NCBI GenBank assembly: GCA_965219385.1
Contig: CBDCNM010000002.1
Coordinates: 3,482,305 to 3,546,304 of the forward strand
From: Candidatus Latescibacterota bacterium
Lineage (GTDB): Bacteria; Latescibacterota; UBA2968; UBA8231
Length of the DNA: 64,000 nucleotides
Direction: 5' to 3'
The notes under the pieces were generated by a model, which worked only from the letters and a program-made list of their open reading frames with translations, was not told the DNA's origin and made no database searches. How positions within the stretch are numbered: the stretch's first letter is position 1; every line of letters begins with the position of its first letter. Below, piece by piece: positions 48,570 through 58,032 of the stretch. A program made the position numbers and the translations under genes.

Positions 48570-48756
48570 TTGAACCGAAAATTCGGCAGTGACCGTGGAA
48601 GAAACAGTGGCTAACCGCTCTATTTTTCATGTTCTTCTTGGCCTGCTTCCAATTCACCCTTCTCATTTCTCGTGCCGCGGACAGCAATGTCCTCCAGGTA
48701 TTCCAGAACCAATCAGGAACGGGTTTGGCCGGCCCCTGGTTTTTTATTTTTGCCAC
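48562..48756 (-). CDS. Possible small basic protein (64 aa)
   Basis: Fills the gap between the PqqD and PAP2-like genes and overlaps both by a few nt; no recognisable homology. Confidence 0.3.
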   Translation of the reverse strand: MAKIKNQGPAKPVPDWFWNTWRTLLSAAREMRRVNWKQAKKNMKNRAVSHCFFHGHCRIFGSNA

Positions 48757-49175
48757 TTTTTCCCGCTTGCATTCCCACCGCTACTTCGAGGCTTCTCAAC
48801 CCCCTCCAGGACAAAACCCACAAAGCGTTTCTGCCCCAGGGTTTTGAGATAATTGAGCAGAGAGACTTCGGCCTCTTTGCGGTTGAGCTGGTATTTCACG
48901 CTGAGGGCCTCGATCATCTCGGCCACCGTATTCTTGCCATTGCACAAAGTCCAGACCTCGGTGCCTAGTTCGTCGAGGGTGATTTTGCGCTCTTTGGGAA
49001 TGTAGAACATCCTGGAGAGCAGCCGGATCTTCCAGTTGTCCTGACGGGTTACGCGAATCTGCACTTCCCCGTCGTCGTTCTGGTCCCACTTGAGTGCGTC
49101 ATTGCGTGCCGGCCGCGAGTTCAGCATGGCCTCGCGAGTCAGCTTTGGCTTGTTCCTGGTGGCAAATATACCCAT
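48744..49175 (-). CDS. PqqD/RRE-family protein
   Basis: ITLDELGTEVWTLCNGKNTVAEMIEALSVKYQL...YLKTL winged-helix RRE signature. Confidence 0.85.
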   Translation of the reverse strand: MGIFATRNKPKLTREAMLNSRPARNDALKWDQNDDGEVQIRVTRQDNWKIRLLSRMFYIPKERKITLDELGTEVWTLCNGKNTVAEMIEALSVKYQLNRKEAEVSLLNYLKTLGQKRFVGFVLEGVEKPRSSGGNASGKKWQK

Positions 49176-50109
49176 CGCTCACCTGCTGAGCCAGATCCCC
49201 GATCCCGGCTTTCTTGCGGTAGAGGTGGTCTACAATACATATTTTATCCGCATCCTGGCAGTGCCAGACCCGGTTGTCCAAGTACTGGCGAGGACGCGGG
49301 CTGATCAGCGGAAGGGGCCGCAACAACTGGCGCAGACGACTGCGAGGCCGGCCGGCCGTCCGCAGGCCCTGGTGGCCGCACACCTCCTCCTCAAAGACCT
49401 CGATGTTCAGGTCCCGCAACTGCTTTTTGAAAAAAACCGGGTACCAATCCTTGAGCGTAGTTCCCTGCAGCAGCAGGTGAGCCAGGCTGAGACGCTGTAC
49501 TCGACACACCTGCTTGCCCTGTTCAAAGGAAAGCTGGATGTGACCGGACTTCAGCTGATGTTCGCTCAGCTTGAAGTCGACGGGCATGAAAAAATTCAGG
49601 CCGTACACACCCCAGAATACCTGGTTGCCGTGGGGATGATCCTTCAGGGTTGGAAAGATGGCCTGGACCTGCTCTTCCAGATTCTCGTCCAGCCGGGCCA
49701 GGATGCGTAGCAGCACGATGCGCCCACAACTGGGACAGGCCCTGGCCAGATTGTAGGCCCGGTAGTCGGCCTCCCAGGTAAAGGTCTCGTAGTCGCTATC
49801 TTCGAGCCACTGTTTGTCTTGGAGGAATTTAGCGCGACGATCTACAACAAAGGGAGTATCTGTTTTTGTGGCTTTCTTTTCCAGATTCTCGATATAGCGA
49901 TCCACCAGCTGGGTGACCGCAGCCCCCCCCCGCCTCTGCCCCTTGCCTTCGCGCCACTCGATCTCCGCGCGCACGATCTGAGCATCGTCCAGACGGGCAT
50001 AGCCACTCTTGTAGGTCCCATCCACCCGCCCCAGATTCCAGTCCTCCGGGACATTCAGAGAAATGCCCTGCCAGCCAAAATCGACCCACTCTGTCTGTTG
50101 CCTGGGCAT
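49099..50109 (-). CDS. Hypothetical soluble protein with two internal repeats
   Basis: 336 aa; starts 5 nt after the OPT-like gene; two similar halves. Confidence 0.75.
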   Translation of the reverse strand: MPRQQTEWVDFGWQGISLNVPEDWNLGRVDGTYKSGYARLDDAQIVRAEIEWREGKGQRRGGAAVTQLVDRYIENLEKKATKTDTPFVVDRRAKFLQDKQWLEDSDYETFTWEADYRAYNLARACPSCGRIVLLRILARLDENLEEQVQAIFPTLKDHPHGNQVFWGVYGLNFFMPVDFKLSEHQLKSGHIQLSFEQGKQVCRVQRLSLAHLLLQGTTLKDWYPVFFKKQLRDLNIEVFEEEVCGHQGLRTAGRPRSRLRQLLRPLPLISPRPRQYLDNRVWHCQDADKICIVDHLYRKKAGIGDLAQQVSDGYICHQEQAKADSRGHAELAAGTQ

Positions 50110-50113
50110 CGCT

Positions 50114-52528
50114 TTAGAAAATCAGCACGGATACGGATTTCTGGATCAAGGCTATGGCCACTGCGGCCATGCCCATCAAGGCCATGCCACAGGCAAACCC
50201 CACGGCCAGGACCGGCGCGTACTGCAACCACTGCTTCTTGCCGTACTTCTTCCAGAAGTAGTAGCGCGCCAGCAGGGCCCCGATGATTTCGGTGACGATA
50301 AAGTGGGGCAGCGTGGTCAGGGACCGCACAAAACCAAAGATCAGCAGGATGGGCAGCCCCAGCACGGACAGCAAGGAGTAACTGACCAGCCCGAAAACCG
50401 CGCCGGTGAGAATTATATATGGCTTGAGCGCCTGGAAGAGCCAGGGCTCGTCCGTGGAGCGCTGGATCCACGCACTGGTGTACATGGGGTCCGTGTCCAC
50501 CGCAAAGAAGTACTCATAGCCCTCGGGTATGGCTCCATCCGCCCGCACCTCCAGGACGGGTCTGGGCTCGGTTATGATGATCCCGTTGTCGGGCCCGGAC
50601 AATTTCAACGTCGGCAGATTGGGCACAATTTCGACCCCGGAAGGATCGGGCGTGTCCATTTGCCTGGCGACGTATTCCTGCATATCCTTCGGGTCGCCTT
50701 CTTCAAAGTAAGGGTAGAAGGTCTTGGAGGGGGTCCACGGCCCTGCTTTGCCGCGTTCACCTCCAGAGTTAAGCCATTCCTGGTCCACCAGTCGGACCCT
50801 CCAGTACCACCACTCTCCCCCGTTCAAATTGGCCGGGATCCAGGTAGCTCCATGGCCGGTGGGCGCCACCTCCAGCTCGCTTTTCATGGTCCCGGTGATG
50901 AACAGACATTGCTGGTAGGCCCGCAGCCGCCACATCAGCTGCGCATAAGGGTAGGAAGCCGAGGGCACCGGCGCCAGCTTCCAGATATAGGACCCGTAGA
51001 GAAAACTGGTAAACAGGATGATCGGCACCATGAAGACCTCGGCCTTGATGATGCTGGTGAACTTGGTACCGGTCAGTTCGACCTCGCGGAACTTCTGGGT
51101 CATGGCCCCGTAATTGCCTAGGGGGAAGGGAATGAACCAGATATCCACCCCCCGGTAGCCCGACAGGATGATGGTGGCCTCGCGCACAAAGGGGATGTCC
51201 ACGGTCTGCCCGACCATGCCCACCAGCCGGGCGTTTACAAAGGACTGGAAAGGAGTGAAGACAAAACCGAAGAACAGGAAGAACACCATGGTCCGTATGG
51301 AACCGGTGAACTCGGGCAGGAGTAACCAGGCGATCAGGATGATGGCGAGCGTGGCCAGGGCGTACAGCCCCAGGGCCAGCCATATGGGGAAGTCCCCGCG
51401 TCCCTGTGGCAGGGTGGTGCGCCGAACCAGTTCCCCTTCGGTGACTTTGCCCCGCGTCTGCAGAGCCCGGATCACCTGGATGATGCCGATCACAGCTACG
51501 GCGATGGTGGTGCCAATGCCGAAGCTCATCCAGAAATCCACGTTGTTGACAAAAAAGGTCTCGACCGTCTTCATGCCCGGATGCCAGTGGGTCAGGTACC
51601 CGGTTTCGTAGAGGATGGGATTGGCAATGGAGGCGATCAGCACCCCAATGAAGGTGCCGATGACGCCCCAGAAGGGCACCACCAGACCGGCGAATATCGG
51701 CCCTAAATGGGCCGTAAAACCCAGTGGCGTGGCCGGAATGAAATTGCCCGTGACCGGGGTGAAATCCACGAAGGGAATGGGAATCAAGGAAATCGGCTCG
51801 GTCAGCAGGGCCCCGGTAATGGCCGGCAGGGCCACGTAGATGGTGCCGAATACCAGCCCGATCATGGCCCCCGCCGAAAAGACCCGCCAGCGCCAGGTCT
51901 CCAACCCCTGGGTGGTCTCGGCCAGGGCCGTGGCGCCCTGGGCGTTCACCGGGGCAAAGGGAAAGGGCAGGCGCTCGTAATCCGAGTTGAGCCGGAAGAG
52001 GGCATAGGCCATGGTGAACCAGGTAAAGCGCGAAATGATCATGCCCACGATCAGCAGGGTGATGGGTACGAGCCAGTCTTGGTGCAGAAAGGTCCGCTCG
52101 ATGATGGCCGGCGAATCTGGCTGGGGCGCGACCCAGGAGGGAATCAGTTTGGCGATGCCGAACTGTTTGGCGGCCGGCGACTGCACCAGGTACTGACTGT
52201 AGAGCAGCCCGTCAAAGGCCCCGGTCTCGGCCGCGATCAGCGAGCCGGCCACATAGTAGAGGAGGTAGACTTCCTGGCGCTTGAGGCTGGTGAAGGAGCG
52301 CTTGGTGATCTCGGCGAACAGGATGATGGTCACCCACTCGGCCGCCGCTCCCAGCCCGCCCCCGATCATCAGGCTCAGGTACATGTTGCCCGGCACCATG
52401 ATAAAGGCCACGAACAATACCCCGAGAATGGCCTTGGTGGTAAACCCCTCCTCGAACTGTTCGGGGGTCTCCATCATCCCCCGATAATCTTCGATTTCCT
52501 GGTTTGGGTTTCTCTTGCGTCCGAGCAC
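50114..52528 (-). CDS. OPT-like oligopeptide transporter with a soluble insertion
   Basis: 804 aa, many TM helices; FEEGFT.K.I.G, LKRQE, ERLPFP and PVPSASYP motifs resemble OPT-superfamily peptide transporters. Confidence 0.7.
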   Translation of the reverse strand: MLGRKRNPNQEIEDYRGMMETPEQFEEGFTTKAILGVLFVAFIMVPGNMYLSLMIGGGLGAAAEWVTIILFAEITKRSFTSLKRQEVYLLYYVAGSLIAAETGAFDGLLYSQYLVQSPAAKQFGIAKLIPSWVAPQPDSPAIIERTFLHQDWLVPITLLIVGMIISRFTWFTMAYALFRLNSDYERLPFPFAPVNAQGATALAETTQGLETWRWRVFSAGAMIGLVFGTIYVALPAITGALLTEPISLIPIPFVDFTPVTGNFIPATPLGFTAHLGPIFAGLVVPFWGVIGTFIGVLIASIANPILYETGYLTHWHPGMKTVETFFVNNVDFWMSFGIGTTIAVAVIGIIQVIRALQTRGKVTEGELVRRTTLPQGRGDFPIWLALGLYALATLAIILIAWLLLPEFTGSIRTMVFFLFFGFVFTPFQSFVNARLVGMVGQTVDIPFVREATIILSGYRGVDIWFIPFPLGNYGAMTQKFREVELTGTKFTSIIKAEVFMVPIILFTSFLYGSYIWKLAPVPSASYPYAQLMWRLRAYQQCLFITGTMKSELEVAPTGHGATWIPANLNGGEWWYWRVRLVDQEWLNSGGERGKAGPWTPSKTFYPYFEEGDPKDMQEYVARQMDTPDPSGVEIVPNLPTLKLSGPDNGIIITEPRPVLEVRADGAIPEGYEYFFAVDTDPMYTSAWIQRSTDEPWLFQALKPYIILTGAVFGLVSYSLLSVLGLPILLIFGFVRSLTTLPHFIVTEIIGALLARYYFWKKYGKKQWLQYAPVLAVGFACGMALMGMAAVAIALIQKSVSVLIF

Positions 52529-52619
52529 GGGACGTTTTCCTCCCTCAATCGTCTAAGCCGGCTTGCCACGGCTGCATCATCGCGTGGCAGGTAGCCCCAG
52601 CTGCGGTTTTATCAGGAGA

Positions 52620-55600
52620 TTACGCAGTCACTTCGCCCTGCGTATCCTGCACCATCTCCTGGCCCTGTTCTGCGTAGGTCTCTTTGGCTTCCGCATCCAC
52701 TGTACGCCAGATGAGAAATTGCTTGCGAATCACGTTCATAAAACGCTGATTGACCCGACGCCACGAGGCATCCTCCCCGCTGAGCCGCTGAATCTGCAGG
52801 GTGATGGCGTAAATACTGTGTTCGAATTCGGGTACAGCGCGCAGAACCACATGCTGGCTCACACCCAGGTCAAAGGGCGCCAGCCAGATGTTCATATCGA
52901 TGATGTAGCCCTGGCCGTTTTCCGTGTCAAAGCCCTGCAGGTGCGCTCCATCCGTATAGAATGTGCCAATGGATTCTTCGCTGTAGGAGTCGAAGTAACC
53001 AATCAGGAAAACGCACAACCCCAGCACATCGTGGCCGCTCACGGTAAACGGAAACTCGAAGTCCCACTCATCCCCATCTGGGGGGGGTAGCTTCCACCTT
53101 CGGGTCACATCGGGCACGGCCATCTGCGAGGCCCTGCGAGCCGGATAGATGGATGAGAGCATGACCACGGCCATCACCAGCATGCTCGAGGTAACCGCCG
53201 ATAACGACGAGTAGTTGAGGGTGAAGCCCTGCAGTAGATTGAGTTCGATCAGCACCTTGGCTATGATCTGGCCCGTGAGGTATCCGGCCACCACCCCGAG
53301 CACGGCATACACACAGGATTCGGCGATGAAGAGCCAGGAGATGTGCCCGGGCGCCAGGCCCACCGAAGAGTAGACCCCGATTTCGTGGAAACGCTCGTAC
53401 ACGCTGCCCATCATGGTATTGAGCACGATCAGCGAGGCAATCAGGATGGGGATGAACAAATTGGCCATGCCGGAAAAAGAGGTCATACCCAGCGAGCTGT
53501 AAATCGACACCTTGATGTACTCATCGCCCTCTTCCTGAATGCCGGCGAACAGGGTGACGGCCAGGCGCGAGAGAAACTCTTCGATTTGCGAACGCACATC
53601 CACCCCCTGGTTGAAGCGAATCGCCACGGACTGGAGGGGATTGCCGCTGCCGATATTGCGCAGGGTTTGATAGGGTATGATGAGGATATTGGCGGGTTCC
53701 AGGTGCACAAAGGGCTTGATGACTACTTTGCTCTCTTCCAGACCCTGCTTTTCGCGCTGCTCTTCTTCGGCCATTTCCTGAACCGCCTGACCACCGGTCA
53801 CGGCAAAATCGGCCGGGGTCATAACCTCGTCGTCGAGGTCCTTGAGTTCCTTCATGCGCTTGGAATCGATGATCCCGATCACCCTGAAAAGCTCGCCGAA
53901 AGCCCGGATGTGGGCCTGACCCACTTCGCTCAGATCTATGTTTAGCTTTTCCTTTTCCTCGCCGAGCATATCATTGGGCAGGATACACACCTTCTTGTCG
54001 CCCGGCGCAAACCACCTCCCCACTATCAGGGCCCGGTGCAGTCCCGTGACCTGCTTTTCCTCCGGGGTCAGCCCCAACACCCCCAGGGCATTGTGGGAGT
54101 GGGTCCCGTACTTCATCTTGATATGCGCCTTGCTCTTGTTGCTGTACCAGGAGCGCGGCGCGATGGTTGCCATCTCGGAAAAATTGCTGCGAGCGTATTC
54201 GAGCACCGATTCTTCCTGCGGATTCCAGGCCTTGCTGCGGATCAGGATCCCCGGGTAGAGCCCTTCGTTGTCGCGCTCGATCTGGTTGAAGCGCAGGGAG
54301 GTCTGAATGGAGGTGAACGACAACACGGTAAAGGTCAGCAACAACAAGGTCACAAAGGTCAGAATGGTCCGGGTCTTGCGGCGTTTCATATTGGAGATGC
54401 CCAGCAAAAACGCGGTCAATGAGGCGCTGGAACGGCTCACGTCGGTATCGTGAATCACCGCGACCTCGGTCCGCAGCTTTCTCATCTGTTCATTGAAGCG
54501 GCCCGAGATGATCGACATCACCAGAATGGCCAGGGCCAGAATGACAAAAGCCAGCAGGATCACAAAGGGGTTGGACAACTGGAAGGCTGGATGTACCAAC
54601 CAGAGGATGATCCAGATTGCCATGAAAACGGCCGCGAAACCGAGGATCTGATTCCTGATGGTCGCGGCGGTAATGACGAGGCGCTCGGTGAAGTAAGCAC
54701 AGGGTATGACCAGGGCCATGAAGAAGATGATGCCCTGGACCACGTCGTTCTGGGTGGCCCTGACATCGGGGTAGGCCCGCGACTCCAGGCCGATCGCAGC
54801 CCGGGTGTAGCGTACAAAATCCTCCCAGCGCTTGTCCTGAAAGGCGGCCTGGGCGGAATCCAGCACGACCTTGGCGCGCTCGTGCAGGTTGTTCATACGG
54901 TGGTTTTCAATGGCGAAACTCTTGAGCTCCCGTATGCGCGACTCGTCCAGGGTCCACATGTCCTGAGCCGCCTGGAAGGAGGTGCGGGAAAAGGATGTCG
55001 CGGGCTTGATCAGGAATCCCTCGCCTTCGGCCCTGTCCTTATCCGTTACACTCGTGGAGTTCAGCAGCAGGTAGCGAAAGCCGAGGATATTGGCCCCGAA
55101 CCCCATCTTGACCTTCATGTTCTCGCTGGCGAACAGGACGCCGGCCGGTTCGTCCTTTGCCGAAGGCCCCTCGCCAATGGTGTAGCCATATTCCACCGGC
55201 GCGCTGTTGCCTTCGTCGAAGACATTCACACTGGCCAGCTTGGTCAGATAGCGCGGATCAACGATGTCGTAGAAGTTGTAGGCTATACAGGGAAAGAGGA
55301 TCACCATCCACGTCTTGTCGCGCCAGTCCATGGAAATCTTCATAGGATAGGACTCGTCCCCTTGCACCCCGCGGTCCGGGGCGTAGACGATCTTGCCGGT
55401 GAGCGGATCGGTGTAGTAGCCTTCGATCTGCAGCGACCCGACCCGGATCCGGTTGATATAAAAAGACCCGGTCTCGTCCACCACTTCGTAATACTCCCCC
55501 CGCACGCCCTTGTAGGACTTATTTTTGCCGTTGCGCACCACCGCTATGGCTCCGGTGCGCGGCAGATCCGGCACAATGCTGCGCCGCGGGAACACCATGG

Positions 55601-57383
55601 TCCGCCCCCGTAGCGAGCGCACCCCGTCCTTCAGACGCATCTTGAAATCCGGGAACAGCTCCGGATCTGCAAAGGCCATGTGGAACATGCCGGCCAGGAC
55701 TCGAATCTGTTTGGCCAGATTCTCATAGTTGACCTGTTCGGCTCGGTCCAGGGGGGTGTCCACCAGGAAACGGGCATCGTTCACCGTCACAAAGGCCAGC
55801 GCCGGGGTACCCGTGGCCAGGACCAGTTCGCTATTGACCGATATTTTGCCCGGCACAAAGGTTTCCCAGCTCATGCCGCCTTCCGGACTAATGCCGTTGA
55901 CCAGAACATCCCGGCGTTCGTAGCTCAGTTCCCGGCTGATCTGGGCGGCGTAACGCATGAAGTTCTTGCCAAAGGGGGCAAAGTAGCGCTTGTAATAAAA
56001 ACTGGTATTGCTGTTCCAGACCCCCAGCTCGTCGGTCTGTGACGAGAGGTCCAGACTGATAAAAAGCTTGACATTCAGAGAATCAACCTTGGGATCCACC
56101 CAGGTTTCGTACAACTCCAGCCGCAATTCTTCATCGTCTTCCAGCTCCTCCAGGAGTTCTTCCTGGCTGGCAAAACTCTCCTGATTTAACAGGAAGCGCC
56201 CCCCCTCCTGGCGCACCAGACCCTCATTAAGGGCAGCATCAAACACCTCCTGCAGCAGTAAAGTCTCCTGGTCCACCACGCCGCGGATCAAGGCTTCCTT
56301 GCCCTGGAATTCCTGGCGGCCAATGCGATAGATCACCCCATTCTGGGCGATCAAACCCTGCGAAAGGGCGGCTTCTATCATCCGCCGAATCACCATGCGG
56401 TCTATAAAGGGGTCCTCCTTGCGCAGGTAGCGCTGGATGAAATCATCGACCCCGCGCAGTCCCAGATGGTGCGCCGAAGTAGCCAGAAACACCATGGTTC
56501 GTGCTGGGGGATGTTGTCTGAAATAACGCGCAAGTTCGATTAAACCGGTTATTCCAGCAGCCTGTTCTGCTCCCGGAGCCAGAGCCGGCACCACGGACAT
56601 GGCATCGTAATACGCCTCCAGAACAACCACGTCTTCTTTGAGTAGAGGATCGTATCCGGGGATCATGCCGAAGATATTCCAGGCCGGCCGCCTTTCCCAG
56701 TCCATGCGGAAGTCCAGCTGGACTTCCACGGGACCGGACCGGGCAATGGTCCGGCGCAGGGCTTCTCCTCTTTCTTTTGCGAGCCAGAATCGCGGCAGGT
56801 CGAGGGGCATGGTGAGAAACTTTTTCTCGGCTTCCAGGTACACCGTCGAATCAGGTTCGATGAGCAGAACAGCCGAAGCCCCCAAATAGGCCGTATTGAG
56901 CCATTTATCGCTGGAGTTGAAATCCATCAGGGCGATGGAGCCCTCAATATCCAGACCGTCCAAATCGGAGAACTCGCCCTTGCCGGCATCAATCACCCGG
57001 CCCCGCAAGCCCCCCTCGGGCAGGGTGGAGGTCTTTACAAGGTTCGGCCATATGCCGTAGAGAGGCATCTTCTCGCCGCTGTCGAGGATCTCCAGACTGC
57101 CGCTCTTATCGTCCACTGGAATCGAGATATCGTATTCATGGACTGTGATTTTATCCAGACCGATACTCTTAAATTCCTTCTCGATGAAGAGGGCGGCGTC
57201 CCTGGCTCCAGGGTAGCCTGCCACCCGCGAGCCAAGGCCGGCAAAATAACCCAGGGTCTGGTTCACGCGCTCCACCGGTGCTGTCTGTCTGAGAACATTG
57301 AAATCTACTTTGGCCTCTACCGGCGGAAACGGCAGAAAAGCCAGTGCGCTTCCCAGATATAAGATTATTTTGGCTCTACACAT
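52620..57383 (-). CDS. M28-peptidase-like + PA + FtsX/MacB-like permease fusion (1587 aa)
   Basis: Signal peptide; SRVAGYPG, PA-like DAGKG, NIFG, degenerate M28 motifs; central TM block; NMKRRKTRTILT; VYERFHEIGVYSSVGL and SIYPARRAS FtsX motifs. Confidence 0.85.
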   Translation of the reverse strand: MCRAKIILYLGSALAFLPFPPVEAKVDFNVLRQTAPVERVNQTLGYFAGLGSRVAGYPGARDAALFIEKEFKSIGLDKITVHEYDISIPVDDKSGSLEILDSGEKMPLYGIWPNLVKTSTLPEGGLRGRVIDAGKGEFSDLDGLDIEGSIALMDFNSSDKWLNTAYLGASAVLLIEPDSTVYLEAEKKFLTMPLDLPRFWLAKERGEALRRTIARSGPVEVQLDFRMDWERRPAWNIFGMIPGYDPLLKEDVVVLEAYYDAMSVVPALAPGAEQAAGITGLIELARYFRQHPPARTMVFLATSAHHLGLRGVDDFIQRYLRKEDPFIDRMVIRRMIEAALSQGLIAQNGVIYRIGRQEFQGKEALIRGVVDQETLLLQEVFDAALNEGLVRQEGGRFLLNQESFASQEELLEELEDDEELRLELYETWVDPKVDSLNVKLFISLDLSSQTDELGVWNSNTSFYYKRYFAPFGKNFMRYAAQISRELSYERRDVLVNGISPEGGMSWETFVPGKISVNSELVLATGTPALAFVTVNDARFLVDTPLDRAEQVNYENLAKQIRVLAGMFHMAFADPELFPDFKMRLKDGVRSLRGRTMVFPRRSIVPDLPRTGAIAVVRNGKNKSYKGVRGEYYEVVDETGSFYINRIRVGSLQIEGYYTDPLTGKIVYAPDRGVQGDESYPMKISMDWRDKTWMVILFPCIAYNFYDIVDPRYLTKLASVNVFDEGNSAPVEYGYTIGEGPSAKDEPAGVLFASENMKVKMGFGANILGFRYLLLNSTSVTDKDRAEGEGFLIKPATSFSRTSFQAAQDMWTLDESRIRELKSFAIENHRMNNLHERAKVVLDSAQAAFQDKRWEDFVRYTRAAIGLESRAYPDVRATQNDVVQGIIFFMALVIPCAYFTERLVITAATIRNQILGFAAVFMAIWIILWLVHPAFQLSNPFVILLAFVILALAILVMSIISGRFNEQMRKLRTEVAVIHDTDVSRSSASLTAFLLGISNMKRRKTRTILTFVTLLLLTFTVLSFTSIQTSLRFNQIERDNEGLYPGILIRSKAWNPQEESVLEYARSNFSEMATIAPRSWYSNKSKAHIKMKYGTHSHNALGVLGLTPEEKQVTGLHRALIVGRWFAPGDKKVCILPNDMLGEEKEKLNIDLSEVGQAHIRAFGELFRVIGIIDSKRMKELKDLDDEVMTPADFAVTGGQAVQEMAEEEQREKQGLEESKVVIKPFVHLEPANILIIPYQTLRNIGSGNPLQSVAIRFNQGVDVRSQIEEFLSRLAVTLFAGIQEEGDEYIKVSIYSSLGMTSFSGMANLFIPILIASLIVLNTMMGSVYERFHEIGVYSSVGLAPGHISWLFIAESCVYAVLGVVAGYLTGQIIAKVLIELNLLQGFTLNYSSLSAVTSSMLVMAVVMLSSIYPARRASQMAVPDVTRRWKLPPPDGDEWDFEFPFTVSGHDVLGLCVFLIGYFDSYSEESIGTFYTDGAHLQGFDTENGQGYIIDMNIWLAPFDLGVSQHVVLRAVPEFEHSIYAITLQIQRLSGEDASWRRVNQRFMNVIRKQFLIWRTVDAEAKETYAEQGQEMVQDTQGEVTA

Positions 57384-57412
57384 AAAGTATTACCCTTCAG
57401 CATAAACCCCTC

Positions 57413-57444
57413 GGGGACTTCGTCGTTAACCACTGTGAAGTCCC
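57413..57444. promoter_or_regulatory. Hairpin in the 5' leader of the M28-FtsX gene
   Basis: GGGACTTC-(spacer)-GAAGTCCC about 30 nt upstream of the ATG at 57383. Confidence 0.35.
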
Positions 57445-57504
57445 ACTAATAAAGGACATTTTTTATTGCAGGACAAGGGCATTTCTCCCGAGCTTGGCCC
57501 CGAT

Positions 57505-58032
57505 TCACGCCCGGATCTTTAGCCAGCCATTGAGCTGGATCTTCTCGAAAGTCCAGAATACCATCAGGCCGATGACCGCCCCGCTCAACAGACCCCACAG
57601 CAAAAATAAATGTAAAAAGGCAAACAGCCCGACCTGACCAATATAGAGGTATGATGCCAGAATCAGCTGGGTCAGCTGGTGTGTCAAAGCTCCCATGATG
57701 CTCAATCCCACAGGACTGAACAACCCGGGATAGACGCGCCTGACCGCAGCCATGAGCAACAAACTCGCCCCCCCGGCTCCCCCCCCAATTACAAAGGCCG
57801 GCCCTCCCAAACTGCCACTGATCAGCCCTCCCACCAGCAACTTGACCATGCTCACCCCAAAAGCTGGGCCAGCACCATATAGCAAAAGAGTGAGCAATAC
57901 TGCCAGGTTGCCCAATCCCAGCTTTGTCCAGGGCAGGATGCGCGGAGCCAGTGCGTCAAAGATAAACAAGATCAGGGCGACACTGCCCATGAGGCCAAGA
58001 CGGGCAAGGTATCTTGGCGGCATTGACTTCAT
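57505..58032 (-). CDS. Gx transporter family (heptaprenyl diphosphate synthase component I-like)
   Basis: LPWTKLGLGN and S.VGLSI.GA..HQL.Q motifs. Confidence 0.85.
   Translation of the reverse strand: MKSMPPRYLARLGLMGSVALILFIFDALAPRILPWTKLGLGNLAVLLTLLLYGAGPAFGVSMVKLLVGGLISGSLGGPAFVIGGGAGGASLLLMAAVRRVYPGLFSPVGLSIMGALTHQLTQLILASYLYIGQVGLFAFLHLFLLWGLLSGAVIGLMVFWTFEKIQLNGWLKIRA

Noticed and set aside
57413..57444. Riboswitch upstream of the M28-FtsX gene
   Set aside because: Single hairpin with no aptamer consensus I recognise; an Rfam scan would be needed.
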